From Fidelibacterota bacterium (lineage in GTDB: Bacteria > Fidelibacterota > Marinisomatia > Marinisomatales > Marinisomataceae), in assembly GCA_016777965.1 (NCBI GenBank), contig JADHQL010000001.1:3451-67450 (forward strand): a stretch of DNA of 64,000 bases. The letters run 5' to 3'. Of the stretch, positions 7,683 through 17,419 are shown one piece after another. Below the pieces are notes generated by a model. The model saw only the letters and a list, made by a program, of their open reading frames with translations, did not search any database and was not told the origin of the DNA. Position 1 is the stretch's first letter; each line of letters opens with the position of its first letter. The position numbers were made by a program, and so were the translations under genes.

Positions 7683-9872
7683 ATGAGAAAAATTATATTT
7701 TTTATATTAAGTATTAATTTAGTTTTAGCAAACAATCCTAATGTTGTTGCTGAATCAGATTCAACGAAACCGATTGCCTTAGATGCTGTTGAAGTACTTG
7801 CAGAATCAAAGAGCATTACTTCGGGTATGTTTCTTAGAAATGCCGAACCAAGTGATGTGGTTAGTAAATCTGAATTAGATCAATTTAGATACACAGATAT
7901 CCATAGAATTGTTAGTAGAATTCCAGGTGTATATATTTCCGAAGAAGATGGCTTAGGCTTAAGACCGAATATTGGTGTAAGAGGTACAGGTTCATTAAGA
8001 ATGGAAAAACTTAATGTTATGGAAGATGGTGTTCTTATTGCTCCAGCTCCATATGCTTCACCAGCAGCTTATTATTCACCAACTGCTGGTAGAATGGAAT
8101 CGATTGAAGTAAGAAAAGGTTCGACTCAAATAAAACACGGTCCATTTACTACTGGCGGTTCTTTGAATTATCTTTCTACTTCAATTCCAACTTCTAAACT
8201 TAATTCAGTATCATTAGATATTGGAAGTTTTGGTAAAACACTTATGCAAGTTAGATCAGGAGATTCAATGGGTAAGTTTGCTTACTTAATTGAATTATAC
8301 TCCGATAAAATGGATGGTTTTAAGGAGCTTGATGGCGGGGGAGACACTGGTTACACTAAAACCGACTTTATGACAAAGTTAAGATATAGTTTCAGTGAGT
8401 CACATGCTCTTGAATTTAAATATTCCATAACAGATGAGTTGTCAGATGAAACTTATCTTGGATTAACAGACGCAGATTATAGCGATAATCCATTACGTAG
8501 ATATAGAGCAACTGCTCTTGACGAAATGGATGCTGATCATTCACAAGTTATGCTATCATATGCTGCAAAACTCAACGATAGTATGAGTCTAGCTATTGTA
8601 GGATATAGTAATGATTTTGCAAGAAATTGGTACAAGCTAAACAAGGTGAACGGTATGAGCTTAAGTTCAATTACCAAACCTACTGCTGATGGATGGAATG
8701 AATTTTATATGTTAATGAATGCACAAAATAGTGCTGATGATGCTTACAGAATTAAAGCTAATAACAGAGAGTATTATTCTTCAGGTATTCAAGCAGTATT
8801 AAATGTTAACGCAGGTGCTCATGACATTCAAGCTGGATTGAGAATTCATAGCGATGAAATGGATAGATTCCAGTGGGAAGATCGTTACAGTATGCAAAAT
8901 GGTAAACTAGTAATGACAACTCAAGCAACTAAAGGATCAGATTCAAACAGAATTGATTCTGCTGAAGCTACTGCACTTTTTGTAGAAGATAGATTTACTA
9001 CTGGAGATATGACTGTTACAGCTGGCGCTAGATATGAAGAGATTACAGTTATGAGAGATGATTGGGGCAAGACAGACCCTGATAGATCTGAAACTCCATC
9101 ACAAAGAAAACATACTATGGATGTTATTGTTCCAGGTATTGGTGTTGAGTATGCAATCAATGAATTCCAAACTGTTTCAGTTGGCGTTCATAAAGGATTT
9201 GCTCCTCCAGGACCAGGAACATCTGGAGTTACTGATAAAGCAGTTGATCCAGAAACCAGTATGAATACAGAAATTGGTTTTAAATCTAATCAAGGTTTAA
9301 ATAGCTTAGAATTCACTCTGTTTATGAATAGTTATGATAACCTGTTAGGAGCAGATACTGCAGCTTCAGGTGGTGGTTCAGATGAGCTTTTCAATGGCGG
9401 CGCTGTAGATATCTCAGGTTTTGAGCTATATCTAAGAAGAATCCTTGTTGACAATGGCAGAATTCAAATGCCATTAGAATTATCATGGACAAGCACAAAG
9501 TCAGAATTCCAGGAATCATTTGATGGATTTTGGGGTGAGGTATCTAAAGGTGATGAATTACCATATCTTCCTGATACAATGATTGCATTAAATCTAGGGT
9601 TGAATGTCGATAAGTTTTCAGCAAATATTAGCATGAAGAAAACATCAGAAATGAGAACAGTTGCTGGTTCAGGAAGAATTGCAGAATCAAATGCAACTGA
9701 TGAACTAACTATTATTGACCTTGGTTTGAGATATGCTCTTCAAGACAATATTAGACTATCAGTTGGTATCAATAATTTCATGGATGATGACGGTATAGCG
9801 GCAAGACGTCCTTACGGAGCAAGACCGACAATGCCACGTAGTTTCTCATTAGGAGTAGATTATACTTTTTAA
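7683..9872 (+). CDS. TonB-dependent outer-membrane receptor, FecA-like (iron)
   Basis: Signal peptide; plug motifs 'IPGVYISEEDGLGLRPNIGVRG', 'APAPYASPAAYYSP', 'IEVRKG'; terminal aromatic 'GVDYTF'; start moved to ATG 7683. Confidence 0.9.
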   Translation: MRKIIFFILSINLVLANNPNVVAESDSTKPIALDAVEVLAESKSITSGMFLRNAEPSDVVSKSELDQFRYTDIHRIVSRIPGVYISEEDGLGLRPNIGVRGTGSLRMEKLNVMEDGVLIAPAPYASPAAYYSPTAGRMESIEVRKGSTQIKHGPFTTGGSLNYLSTSIPTSKLNSVSLDIGSFGKTLMQVRSGDSMGKFAYLIELYSDKMDGFKELDGGGDTGYTKTDFMTKLRYSFSESHALEFKYSITDELSDETYLGLTDADYSDNPLRRYRATALDEMDADHSQVMLSYAAKLNDSMSLAIVGYSNDFARNWYKLNKVNGMSLSSITKPTADGWNEFYMLMNAQNSADDAYRIKANNREYYSSGIQAVLNVNAGAHDIQAGLRIHSDEMDRFQWEDRYSMQNGKLVMTTQATKGSDSNRIDSAEATALFVEDRFTTGDMTVTAGARYEEITVMRDDWGKTDPDRSETPSQRKHTMDVIVPGIGVEYAINEFQTVSVGVHKGFAPPGPGTSGVTDKAVDPETSMNTEIGFKSNQGLNSLEFTLFMNSYDNLLGADTAASGGGSDELFNGGAVDISGFELYLRRILVDNGRIQMPLELSWTSTKSEFQESFDGFWGEVSKGDELPYLPDTMIALNLGLNVDKFSANISMKKTSEMRTVAGSGRIAESNATDELTIIDLGLRYALQDNIRLSVGINNFMDDDGIAARRPYGARPTMPRSFSLGVDYTF

Positions 9873-9916
9873 GGTTGTCTTCATTGCATTTTACTCTTAG
9901 GCCTTTTAAAGAAACA

Positions 9917-9953
9917 GAACGCCCGAACCTCTGTCATTCGGGCGTTCATTTTT
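9917..9953 (+). terminator. Rho-independent terminator
   Basis: Stem GAACGCCCGAA / TTCGGGCGTTC, 9-nt loop, followed by ATTTTT. Confidence 0.85.
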
Positions 9954-10031
9954 CAAGGAACTTCTTTCAATTTTTTCAATCAAATAATTAGTATACTTTT
10001 TATACTTTTTTTACTTATAATAACAGGCTAT

Positions 10032-12242
10032 ATGAAGAAGATAATTTTTTCACTTTTAATAACAACATTTGCTTTAGGTCAGTCTTATAAAGATTTAACG
10101 GAACGACCAGTTTATAATCCACTAAAATCCACTTCAAAAATTGTAATTGATGGAGATTTGTCTGAACAAGATTGGCTGAATGCACAAATTGCAACTGATT
10201 TTACAGATCGTGGTATTTATCAGGGATTGCCGTCACCTTATAAAACCGAAGCTAAAATTACTTATGATAATAAAAACTTATATGTTGCATTTATAGCTTA
10301 TGTTGACAAAGAAAATTTAACCTACACGATTACCAATCGTGACGAGGTTGAAGGTAATGATGATAGAGTTTACATTGCCATTGATACTTTTGATGATGAG
10401 TCATTAACATATGCAATTGGGGTTAGTGCTGGAAATATTCAAGTTGATGGTCGAGACGGCTATGGATTTGATTCAAATCTTGATATCATTTATGATACTG
10501 CTGTTCAAATTTTTGACGATAGATATCAAGCAGAGTTTTCTATCCCTTTTTCAAGTCTCAGATATTCTTTAGCTGATATTCAAACTTGGAGAATTAGTTT
10601 TGGAAGATTATTTACAACACCTGACATGCAAGGACATTTTGTGCATTGGGCAAATCAAATAGATGGAATTGAGTGTCAAACATGTCAATTAGGTTTTTTA
10701 AAAGATTTAGACGTTCCTCCACAATCCTCAAGGGAAACAGAATTTATCCCATCAATTGTTGGCGGTTACTCGGAAGATAAAATCAATAATACAACCTCAT
10801 CGAACGATGAAGTATCATTATTTGCAAAATACTATGTTTCATCAGTTGACTTGCTTGAAATAGCATTGAATCCAGATTTTAGTCAAATTGAATCTGATGA
10901 TATTCAAAACGATATAAATGAGGTGAATGCCTTATTTTTTCCAGAACGAAGACCTTTTTTCAGTGAGGGAGCTGAGTTATTCAAATTTGATCCTCAAAGA
11001 GGTTATATTAACTTATTTTACTCAAGAACGATAAATGATCCTTCAGTTGTTGGAAAATTTACAGGAAAGATAGGAAAAACATCATATGGAATAATTTCCG
11101 CTAAAGATGAAAATTCTTCTTTGTTATTGCCATTTGAGGAGACCAGCACTTTAGTAGATTTGGGTGAAAGTCAAACCCATGTTTTAAGATTAAAGAGAAT
11201 GTTAAAATACGGTTCACACATAGGTGCTTTTACGTCCATTCGTAATTTCGAAGGGGCTGGGAATATCGGTAATATTGGTTTAGATTTACACTCTCATCCT
11301 GGAGGAAATTGGCATTTATCAGCGCATATAGCAACTTCTAGTCATGAAGAGTCAGAAAATGGTGAATACATTCCTGAAGAAGATGAAATTCAAACATTTG
11401 ATAATGGAAAATATACATCAGAATTTGATGGTGAGTCAATCAGCGGATATGCTGTTGGCTTTAATGCTACAAATCGTACCAGAACAGATGGAAAATCTTT
11501 TACCGCACGACTAAGGTCGCCAGGTTTTAGAACTAGTAACGGATTTGAAAGAAACAATTCTACAAAATGGTTTAAAGTTCAACGAAGTAAATCCATATAT
11601 CATGATAGTGATACATTATTAAAATCATCCTATACTGGCGTTGTTGTTCATAAAGAAAATTATGATGGCAGAGTTGTAAACAGCGAATATGAGCTTACAG
11701 CAAATTATGAATTTGCAAACACCTTAAATCTGAACCTGTCATATGAATATTCTGACAAAGTATACAAAAGCTTGGATTTCAAAGGTATGAATGAGTTTTC
11801 TCTGAGGGCAAGTATTAGACCTAACTCTAAAGTGTTGTACTACACTACTCTTTCATTTCGTGATCAAATAATACGTTATATTGAAACTCCTTCAGCTGCA
11901 AATACATTGGTTGCTAATTTTTATACCGAATATCAACTTTCAGATAATACACAGCTTTCACTTGGTCTTGGATATGAAGATGCAAAAGATTTTTTTGATG
12001 GATATCTGTTAAACTTTAGAGCAAAACATGCATTTAATCCAAAGCTATCATTGAGATCTAAAGTACAATATAGCGATTTCTCAAAAAGTTGGTTTATTGA
12101 GCCTTTATTGACATACCAGCCTAGTGCTTTTTCTGCATTTTACTTTGGTATTAATGAACTTTTAGATGTAGATGATAATATTTTTTCAGGCATTAGCGAA
12201 AATAACAGACAATTTTTTATCAAATTTCAATACTTATTCTAG
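10032..12242 (+). CDS. DUF5916-type protein with N-terminal carbohydrate-binding family 9-like domain, probable outer-membrane barrel
   Basis: 'IDGDLSEQDW', 'YDNKNLY', 'AEFSIPFSSLRY', 'NPDFSQIESD', 'LFFPERRPFFSEG', 'LFYSRTI', terminal 'FFIKFQYLF'. Confidence 0.8.
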   Translation: MKKIIFSLLITTFALGQSYKDLTERPVYNPLKSTSKIVIDGDLSEQDWLNAQIATDFTDRGIYQGLPSPYKTEAKITYDNKNLYVAFIAYVDKENLTYTITNRDEVEGNDDRVYIAIDTFDDESLTYAIGVSAGNIQVDGRDGYGFDSNLDIIYDTAVQIFDDRYQAEFSIPFSSLRYSLADIQTWRISFGRLFTTPDMQGHFVHWANQIDGIECQTCQLGFLKDLDVPPQSSRETEFIPSIVGGYSEDKINNTTSSNDEVSLFAKYYVSSVDLLEIALNPDFSQIESDDIQNDINEVNALFFPERRPFFSEGAELFKFDPQRGYINLFYSRTINDPSVVGKFTGKIGKTSYGIISAKDENSSLLLPFEETSTLVDLGESQTHVLRLKRMLKYGSHIGAFTSIRNFEGAGNIGNIGLDLHSHPGGNWHLSAHIATSSHEESENGEYIPEEDEIQTFDNGKYTSEFDGESISGYAVGFNATNRTRTDGKSFTARLRSPGFRTSNGFERNNSTKWFKVQRSKSIYHDSDTLLKSSYTGVVVHKENYDGRVVNSEYELTANYEFANTLNLNLSYEYSDKVYKSLDFKGMNEFSLRASIRPNSKVLYYTTLSFRDQIIRYIETPSAANTLVANFYTEYQLSDNTQLSLGLGYEDAKDFFDGYLLNFRAKHAFNPKLSLRSKVQYSDFSKSWFIEPLLTYQPSAFSAFYFGINELLDVDDNIFSGISENNRQFFIKFQYLF

Positions 12243-12253
12243 TAAATAAAACC

Positions 12254-12709
12254 ATGAAGAAACATTTAATAATAATTTTTGCTTTTACTCTTTATAGCTG
12301 CGTTATGCCATTATCAATTGGAAATAAATCAGTTGTAGATAATGAAAATAAATCTGCTAATGATTCAAACACAGTGTATTCAAAAAATGGCAAGACCATG
12401 GTTGCCATTAATTACATTCTTCCTCAAAGAGCTGGGCAGTTTGAGATGTTAACAAAAACAGTGATAATGCCTGCTATAAAAAGAGAGGATGCAGAAGTTT
12501 TTAAAAGTTTAAAATTTTTAGTCCCAGAAGATAAAAATGAGGATGGTAATTTGACATATATGTTTATAGCAAATCCTTATATGGAAGAGAAAAATTATGA
12601 TATTTTTGAAGTGCTTGTATCCCAATATGGAAGAGCTAGAGCTGAAGAATATTTTGATCGTTGGATTAGTTGTTTTGCATATGAGCAAGAAGTCATTTCT
12701 TTCAGATGA
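12254..12709 (+). CDS. Hypothetical lipoprotein
   Basis: Lipobox LYSC; 151-aa ORF in operon context. Confidence 0.65.
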   Translation: MKKHLIIIFAFTLYSCVMPLSIGNKSVVDNENKSANDSNTVYSKNGKTMVAINYILPQRAGQFEMLTKTVIMPAIKREDAEVFKSLKFLVPEDKNEDGNLTYMFIANPYMEEKNYDIFEVLVSQYGRARAEEYFDRWISCFAYEQEVISFR

Positions 12710-12753
12710 TAAAAACATATCTTTTTGAAAACATCTATAGTAAATTTTCTTTA

Positions 12754-13422
12754 ATGGACTCATTTAAAACGTTTTTAACCATCATTATCCTTATTAGTCT
12801 ATCGTTTGCCCAAAGTGCCAGAGATATGGATGCACAAAACCCTGCAAGCGACAACTGGCAGGAAAACTATCGATCACTTCAAAGAGGAGAATCAAGAATT
12901 AATATCTATTCCAATGCTGCAGTAGCAGATGTATTTGTATGGAATTCCACATGGCTATCAACTGAAAGAACGTTTCCTGCGGTGATATCATTGCCTACGG
13001 ACAATCAAGTTTACACTATAAGCTTGTACACTCAATCACAGTTTCAATATTTAACAAATGAGTTGCAAAATTTTGATTTTGACGCAAGAGATGTTTCCGA
13101 GTTTGAATTACTTCAAGAAGAATTTGAAAGAATGAAAATGGGTACTAAAAATGTAAGACCAATCCCTGGAACTAGCGAATCAATTTTTCTAACATATTGT
13201 GATTCAGATGATACTAATTGCGAGGAAGGAATGCATTGGTTAGATAAATTTTATGCTAAGTATTACGATGATAAGCAAGAACAAATTATCGCTTCAGATC
13301 TAACTGGATCAGAACTAACAGACGCTGAAAAAGCACTAGTCAGAAGACATAGAGTAGGAGTTGCTGGAATGCTCGGCGCTTTTACCATTGCTATATTTTT
13401 AATTGATAATGCTGCTTTGTGA
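12754..13422 (+). CDS. Hypothetical exported protein with C-terminal hydrophobic segment
   Basis: Signal peptide from ATG 12754 (MDSFKTFLTIIILISLSFAQ); hydrophobic C-terminus; GTGA overlap with thrS. Confidence 0.65.
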   Translation: MDSFKTFLTIIILISLSFAQSARDMDAQNPASDNWQENYRSLQRGESRINIYSNAAVADVFVWNSTWLSTERTFPAVISLPTDNQVYTISLYTQSQFQYLTNELQNFDFDARDVSEFELLQEEFERMKMGTKNVRPIPGTSESIFLTYCDSDDTNCEEGMHWLDKFYAKYYDDKQEQIIASDLTGSELTDAEKALVRRHRVGVAGMLGAFTIAIFLIDNAAL

Positions 13423-15359
13423 GTAATATTTTAGTAAATATTAAAGGTTTAAACTCTCAAGAGTTTCCAAAAGGTGTAACACCTCTTCAAATTATGAATG
13501 ATACAAAAGGTGTATCTAAGGATTCTATAATTTGTAAAGTTGATGGCGTTCTCACTGATCTTTCTGTACAGCTTGCAAATGATTGTGACTTACAATTTAT
13601 GGACGCAAAAAGTAAAGACGGTCATAGCGTTCTTTTGCACAGCACTGCTCATTTAATGGCCCAGGCAGTAAAAAGATTATTTCCTAAAACTAAAGTAGCA
13701 ATTGGTCCATTTTTGGAGAATAGATTTTATTATGATTTTGATGTAGAAACTCCTTTTTCGGATGAAGATTTAGTTAAAATCGAAACAGAGATGGTTAATA
13801 TTTCTAATGAAAATCTTGAAATTATTCATGAAGTGAAATCTAGAGATGATGCACTAGGTTTATTTGATAAAATGAGGGAAGATTATAAAGTTGAAATTAT
13901 TAACGACTTAGATAAAGATGAGATTTTGAAGGTGTATTCGCAGGGTGAATTTACCGATCTTTGTAGAGGACCACATGTGCCATCAACTGGCGCAATCAAG
14001 CACTTTAAGCTGTTGTCATCATCTGCAGCTTATTGGAGAGCTGATGAGAATAATCAAACTTTGCAACGCGTATATGGGACCTCATTTCAAAATGAAAAAG
14101 ATTTAAAAAAATATTTAAATATGCTTGAAGAGCAAAAAAAACGTGATCATAGAAAAATCGGAAAAGAATTAGACTTGTATTTCTTTGATGATGAAGTCGG
14201 TCCTGGTCTACCATTATGGACTCCTAATGGAGCCGCAATGATTGACGAATTGGAAGCTTTAGCTAAAGAGAAAGAGACTGCAAGCGGATATTTAAGAGTT
14301 AAAACTCCTCATTTAACTAAAGGAGAGCTTTATGAAAAGTCCGGTCATTTAAAACATTACATCTCCAGTATGTATCCAGCAATGGATGTTGATGGTATTG
14401 ACTATTATATGAAACCAATGAACTGTCCTCATCATCACAAAATTTTTGCAAATACACCTAAAAGCTATAGAGATTTGCCTTATAGATTGTCCGAATATGG
14501 AACATGTTATAGATATGAAAAATCGGGAGAATTGTTTGGATTAATGCGTGTAAGAAGTATGCAGATGAATGATGCACATATTTATTGCACTGAAGAACAA
14601 TTTAAAGATGAGTTTATTGGAGTTTGTAATCTTTATATGGATTATTTCAAAATCTTCGGTATTGAAAAATATGAAATGAGATTAAGTCTTCATGATCCAA
14701 AAGGGTTAGGTGAAAAATTTATTGATAATGCCGAATTATGGAAAAAAACAGAAGACGATGTTAGAAATGCACTTAAAAGTGCTAATCTGAAATTTGTTGA
14801 ATCGGTGGGAGATGCTGCTTTTTATGGTCCAAAAATTGATGTTCAGGTCTGGAGTTCTATTGGTAGAGAGTTTACCTTAGCTACTAATCAGGTAGATTTT
14901 GCAGTTCCAGAAAGATTTGACTTAACATATAATGATAAAGATGGCACCTCAAAAACACCTCTTTGTATACATAGGGCACCATTAGGTACACATGAACGAT
15001 TTATTGGGTTTCTTATCGAACATTTTGGAGGAAATTTTCCTCTTTGGTTAGCTCCAAAACAAGTAACTATATTGCCTGTTTCCGATAAATATAATGATTA
15101 TGCTGAGGAAATTACAAATGAACTTAAATCTAAAGGATTAAGAGTTTCTTTAGATAATCGATCAGAAAAAATAGGTTCAAAAATTAGAGATGCAGAACTA
15201 CAAAAAATTAATATCATGATTATTGTTGGTGAAAAAGAAGTTGAAAATAAAACAGTAACTATTAGAAGAAGGTTTATAAAAGAGCAAAAAGAGTTATCAT
15301 TAGATAAATTTTCAAATGAAGTTTTAACTGAAATTAACGAAAGGAGAGTTTCGAATTAA
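13419..15359 (+). CDS. thrS: Threonine--tRNA ligase
   Basis: TGS domain, 'HSTAHL', 'DLCRGPH', 'RDHRKIG', 'KPMNCP', 'AAFYGPK', 'ERFIGFLIEH'. Confidence 0.98.
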   Translation: MSNILVNIKGLNSQEFPKGVTPLQIMNDTKGVSKDSIICKVDGVLTDLSVQLANDCDLQFMDAKSKDGHSVLLHSTAHLMAQAVKRLFPKTKVAIGPFLENRFYYDFDVETPFSDEDLVKIETEMVNISNENLEIIHEVKSRDDALGLFDKMREDYKVEIINDLDKDEILKVYSQGEFTDLCRGPHVPSTGAIKHFKLLSSSAAYWRADENNQTLQRVYGTSFQNEKDLKKYLNMLEEQKKRDHRKIGKELDLYFFDDEVGPGLPLWTPNGAAMIDELEALAKEKETASGYLRVKTPHLTKGELYEKSGHLKHYISSMYPAMDVDGIDYYMKPMNCPHHHKIFANTPKSYRDLPYRLSEYGTCYRYEKSGELFGLMRVRSMQMNDAHIYCTEEQFKDEFIGVCNLYMDYFKIFGIEKYEMRLSLHDPKGLGEKFIDNAELWKKTEDDVRNALKSANLKFVESVGDAAFYGPKIDVQVWSSIGREFTLATNQVDFAVPERFDLTYNDKDGTSKTPLCIHRAPLGTHERFIGFLIEHFGGNFPLWLAPKQVTILPVSDKYNDYAEEITNELKSKGLRVSLDNRSEKIGSKIRDAELQKINIMIIVGEKEVENKTVTIRRRFIKEQKELSLDKFSNEVLTEINERRVSN

Positions 15360-15864
15360 AAAACAGAGAATAAGGGTAAACGAAAAAATTTATGCTGATA
15401 AAGTAAGACTGATCAATCAAAATAAAGAACAAATTGGTCTTGTAAGTGTAAAAGAAGCTTTAATTAAAGCGCAGGAAGCTGGTTTAGATTTGGTTGAAAT
15501 TTCACCAAATGCAAAACCTCCAGTTTGTAAAATTATGGACTTTGGTAAGTTTAAATATGAAGAAAAAAAGAAAGCACAACAAAGCAAGAAAAAACAGCAA
15601 ACTATCAAAGTAAAAGAATTAAGATTGAGACCAAATATTGGTGATCATGATTTAGAAAATAAACTTAAAATGGGTAAAAAGTTTTTATCTGAAGGTTGTA
15701 AGTTAAAATTAACTTTAATGTATAGAGGTAGAGAAATGTCTCGACAAGATTTAGGGCAAGAGCTAATGCAGCGTGTTTTATCGACGTTAAGTGAGCATGC
15801 AGAGTTAGAAAAAGATTCTCCTTTGACTGGAAGAAAAAAATCTATAATATTAGCCCCGAAATAG
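15355..15864 (+). CDS. infC: Translation initiation factor IF-3, non-canonical ATT start
   Basis: ORF 15490..15864 extends in frame to ATT 15355 (IKKQRIRVNEKI...LDLVEISPNAKPPVCKIMDFGKF); AAGGAG at 15341-15346. Confidence 0.95.
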   Translation: MKKQRIRVNEKIYADKVRLINQNKEQIGLVSVKEALIKAQEAGLDLVEISPNAKPPVCKIMDFGKFKYEEKKKAQQSKKKQQTIKVKELRLRPNIGDHDLENKLKMGKKFLSEGCKLKLTLMYRGREMSRQDLGQELMQRVLSTLSEHAELEKDSPLTGRKKSIILAPK

Positions 15865-15873
15865 GAATTAAAT

Positions 15874-16077
15874 ATGCCAAAACAAAAAACAAGAAAAAGC
15901 GTATCAAAAAGATTTAAAGTTACTGGTTCAGGTAAACTGAAACGTAACAAAGCTGGACATAGTCACATGCTTATCCGAAGAGATGGAGATGTCAAGCGTG
16001 CAGCTAAAAAAGCTACAGTGGTAGCCCCATCTTTTGAAAAGCGTATAAAAAAAATGATGGCGAAAGCAGGAAGTTAA
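15874..16077 (+). CDS. rpmI: 50S ribosomal protein L35
   Basis: '[21 protein letters not shown]...H'; lies between infC and rplT. Confidence 0.97.
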   Translation: MPKQKTRKSVSKRFKVTGSGKLKRNKAGHSHMLIRRDGDVKRAAKKATVVAPSFEKRIKKMMAKAGS

Positions 16078-16078
16078 G

Positions 16079-16429
16079 ATGCCAAGATCAAATAGTTCAG
16101 TTCCAAGACATAGAAGACATCGCAAGATTGTAAAGCTTGCAAAAGGTTATTTTGGTGTTAGAAGTAGAAATTTCAAAGCAGCTAAAGATGCAGTAACTAA
16201 AGCTGGTCTATATGCTTATAGAGATAGAAGACAGAAAAAACGTCAGTTTAGAAGACTTTGGATTGTAAGAATTAACGCTGCATCAAGATTAAATGGTTTA
16301 TCCTATTCAAATTTTGTACATTTATTGAAGGAGAAAGGGGTCGATTTAGATAGAAAAGTATTAGCAGATTTAGCTGTTAATAACCCAACTGTCTTTGAAG
16401 ATCTCGTAAAATACTTAAATAAAAAATAG
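16079..16429 (+). CDS. rplT: 50S ribosomal protein L20
   Basis: 'AKGYFG', '[23 protein letters not shown]', '[10 protein letters not shown]'. Confidence 0.98.
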   Translation: MPRSNSSVPRHRRHRKIVKLAKGYFGVRSRNFKAAKDAVTKAGLYAYRDRRQKKRQFRRLWIVRINAASRLNGLSYSNFVHLLKEKGVDLDRKVLADLAVNNPTVFEDLVKYLNKK

Positions 16430-16438
16430 AAAAATACG

Positions 16439-17419
16439 ATGTCATTAGATAAAACTATCAAAGGATTAAAGACATCATTTTCTAAAGAGTTATCCAAATC
16501 TAAGACTTCACAAGATCTAGAAAATTTCCGAATCAAATACTTAGGTAGAAATGGACAGCTTGCATCATTGTTTGAAGAGTTTAATAAACTACCTGCTCCT
16601 GAAAAACCACGCTTTGGAAAAGAATTAAATATCCTAAAAAATCAATTAACTAATCAATATCAAAATGCCTTAGGAAGCAAAAGTGAAGACTCTACTTCAA
16701 GCAATATAGATTTTTCATTGCCAGGATATAATTTACCTGATGGAAATATCCATCCATTAGAACAGATTACTTCAGAAATAAAATCTATTTTTCAATCTAT
16801 TGGTTTTTCCGTTGCTTACGGTCCTGAAATTGATGATGATTATCATAATTTTGAAGCATTAAACGTACCAAAACATCATCCAGCAAGAGATATGCAGGAT
16901 ACATTTTTTATCAACCCTAATGCTGTGCTGAGAACACATACATCCAATGTTCAAATTCATTTAATGGAAAATCAAGATCCGCCTTTAAGGCATATATGTT
17001 GCGGTAGAGTGTTCAGAAATGAGGCAGTAAGTTATAAAAGTTTTTGTTTGTTTAATCAAGTTGAGGGATTAGTCATTAATGAAACATCCTCATTTGCTGA
17101 GATGAAAGGAACTTTAGAGTATTTTGTCCAAGAAATGTTTGGAAAAGATACAAAAATGCGCTTTAGACCAAGTTATTTTCCATTTACTGAACCCAGTGCA
17201 GAAGTTGACATCTGGAATAGTAAATTAAATCAATGGATGGAAATATTGGGCTGCGGTATGGTCAATCCAAATGTTTTATCTAATGTTGGCTATGACACTG
17301 AAAAATATCAAGGATTCGCTTTTGGTATGGGAATTGAAAGAATTGCTATGATAAAATATGGCATAAAAGATATTAGGCTTTTTTATCAGAACGATAAACG
17401 TTTCTTGGAGCAGTTTTAA
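16439..17419 (+). CDS. pheS: Phenylalanine--tRNA ligase alpha subunit
   Basis: 'HPARDMQDTF', 'LRTHTS', 'FRPSYFPFTEPS', 'GFAFGMGIER'. Confidence 0.98.
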   Translation: MSLDKTIKGLKTSFSKELSKSKTSQDLENFRIKYLGRNGQLASLFEEFNKLPAPEKPRFGKELNILKNQLTNQYQNALGSKSEDSTSSNIDFSLPGYNLPDGNIHPLEQITSEIKSIFQSIGFSVAYGPEIDDDYHNFEALNVPKHHPARDMQDTFFINPNAVLRTHTSNVQIHLMENQDPPLRHICCGRVFRNEAVSYKSFCLFNQVEGLVINETSSFAEMKGTLEYFVQEMFGKDTKMRFRPSYFPFTEPSAEVDIWNSKLNQWMEILGCGMVNPNVLSNVGYDTEKYQGFAFGMGIERIAMIKYGIKDIRLFYQNDKRFLEQF

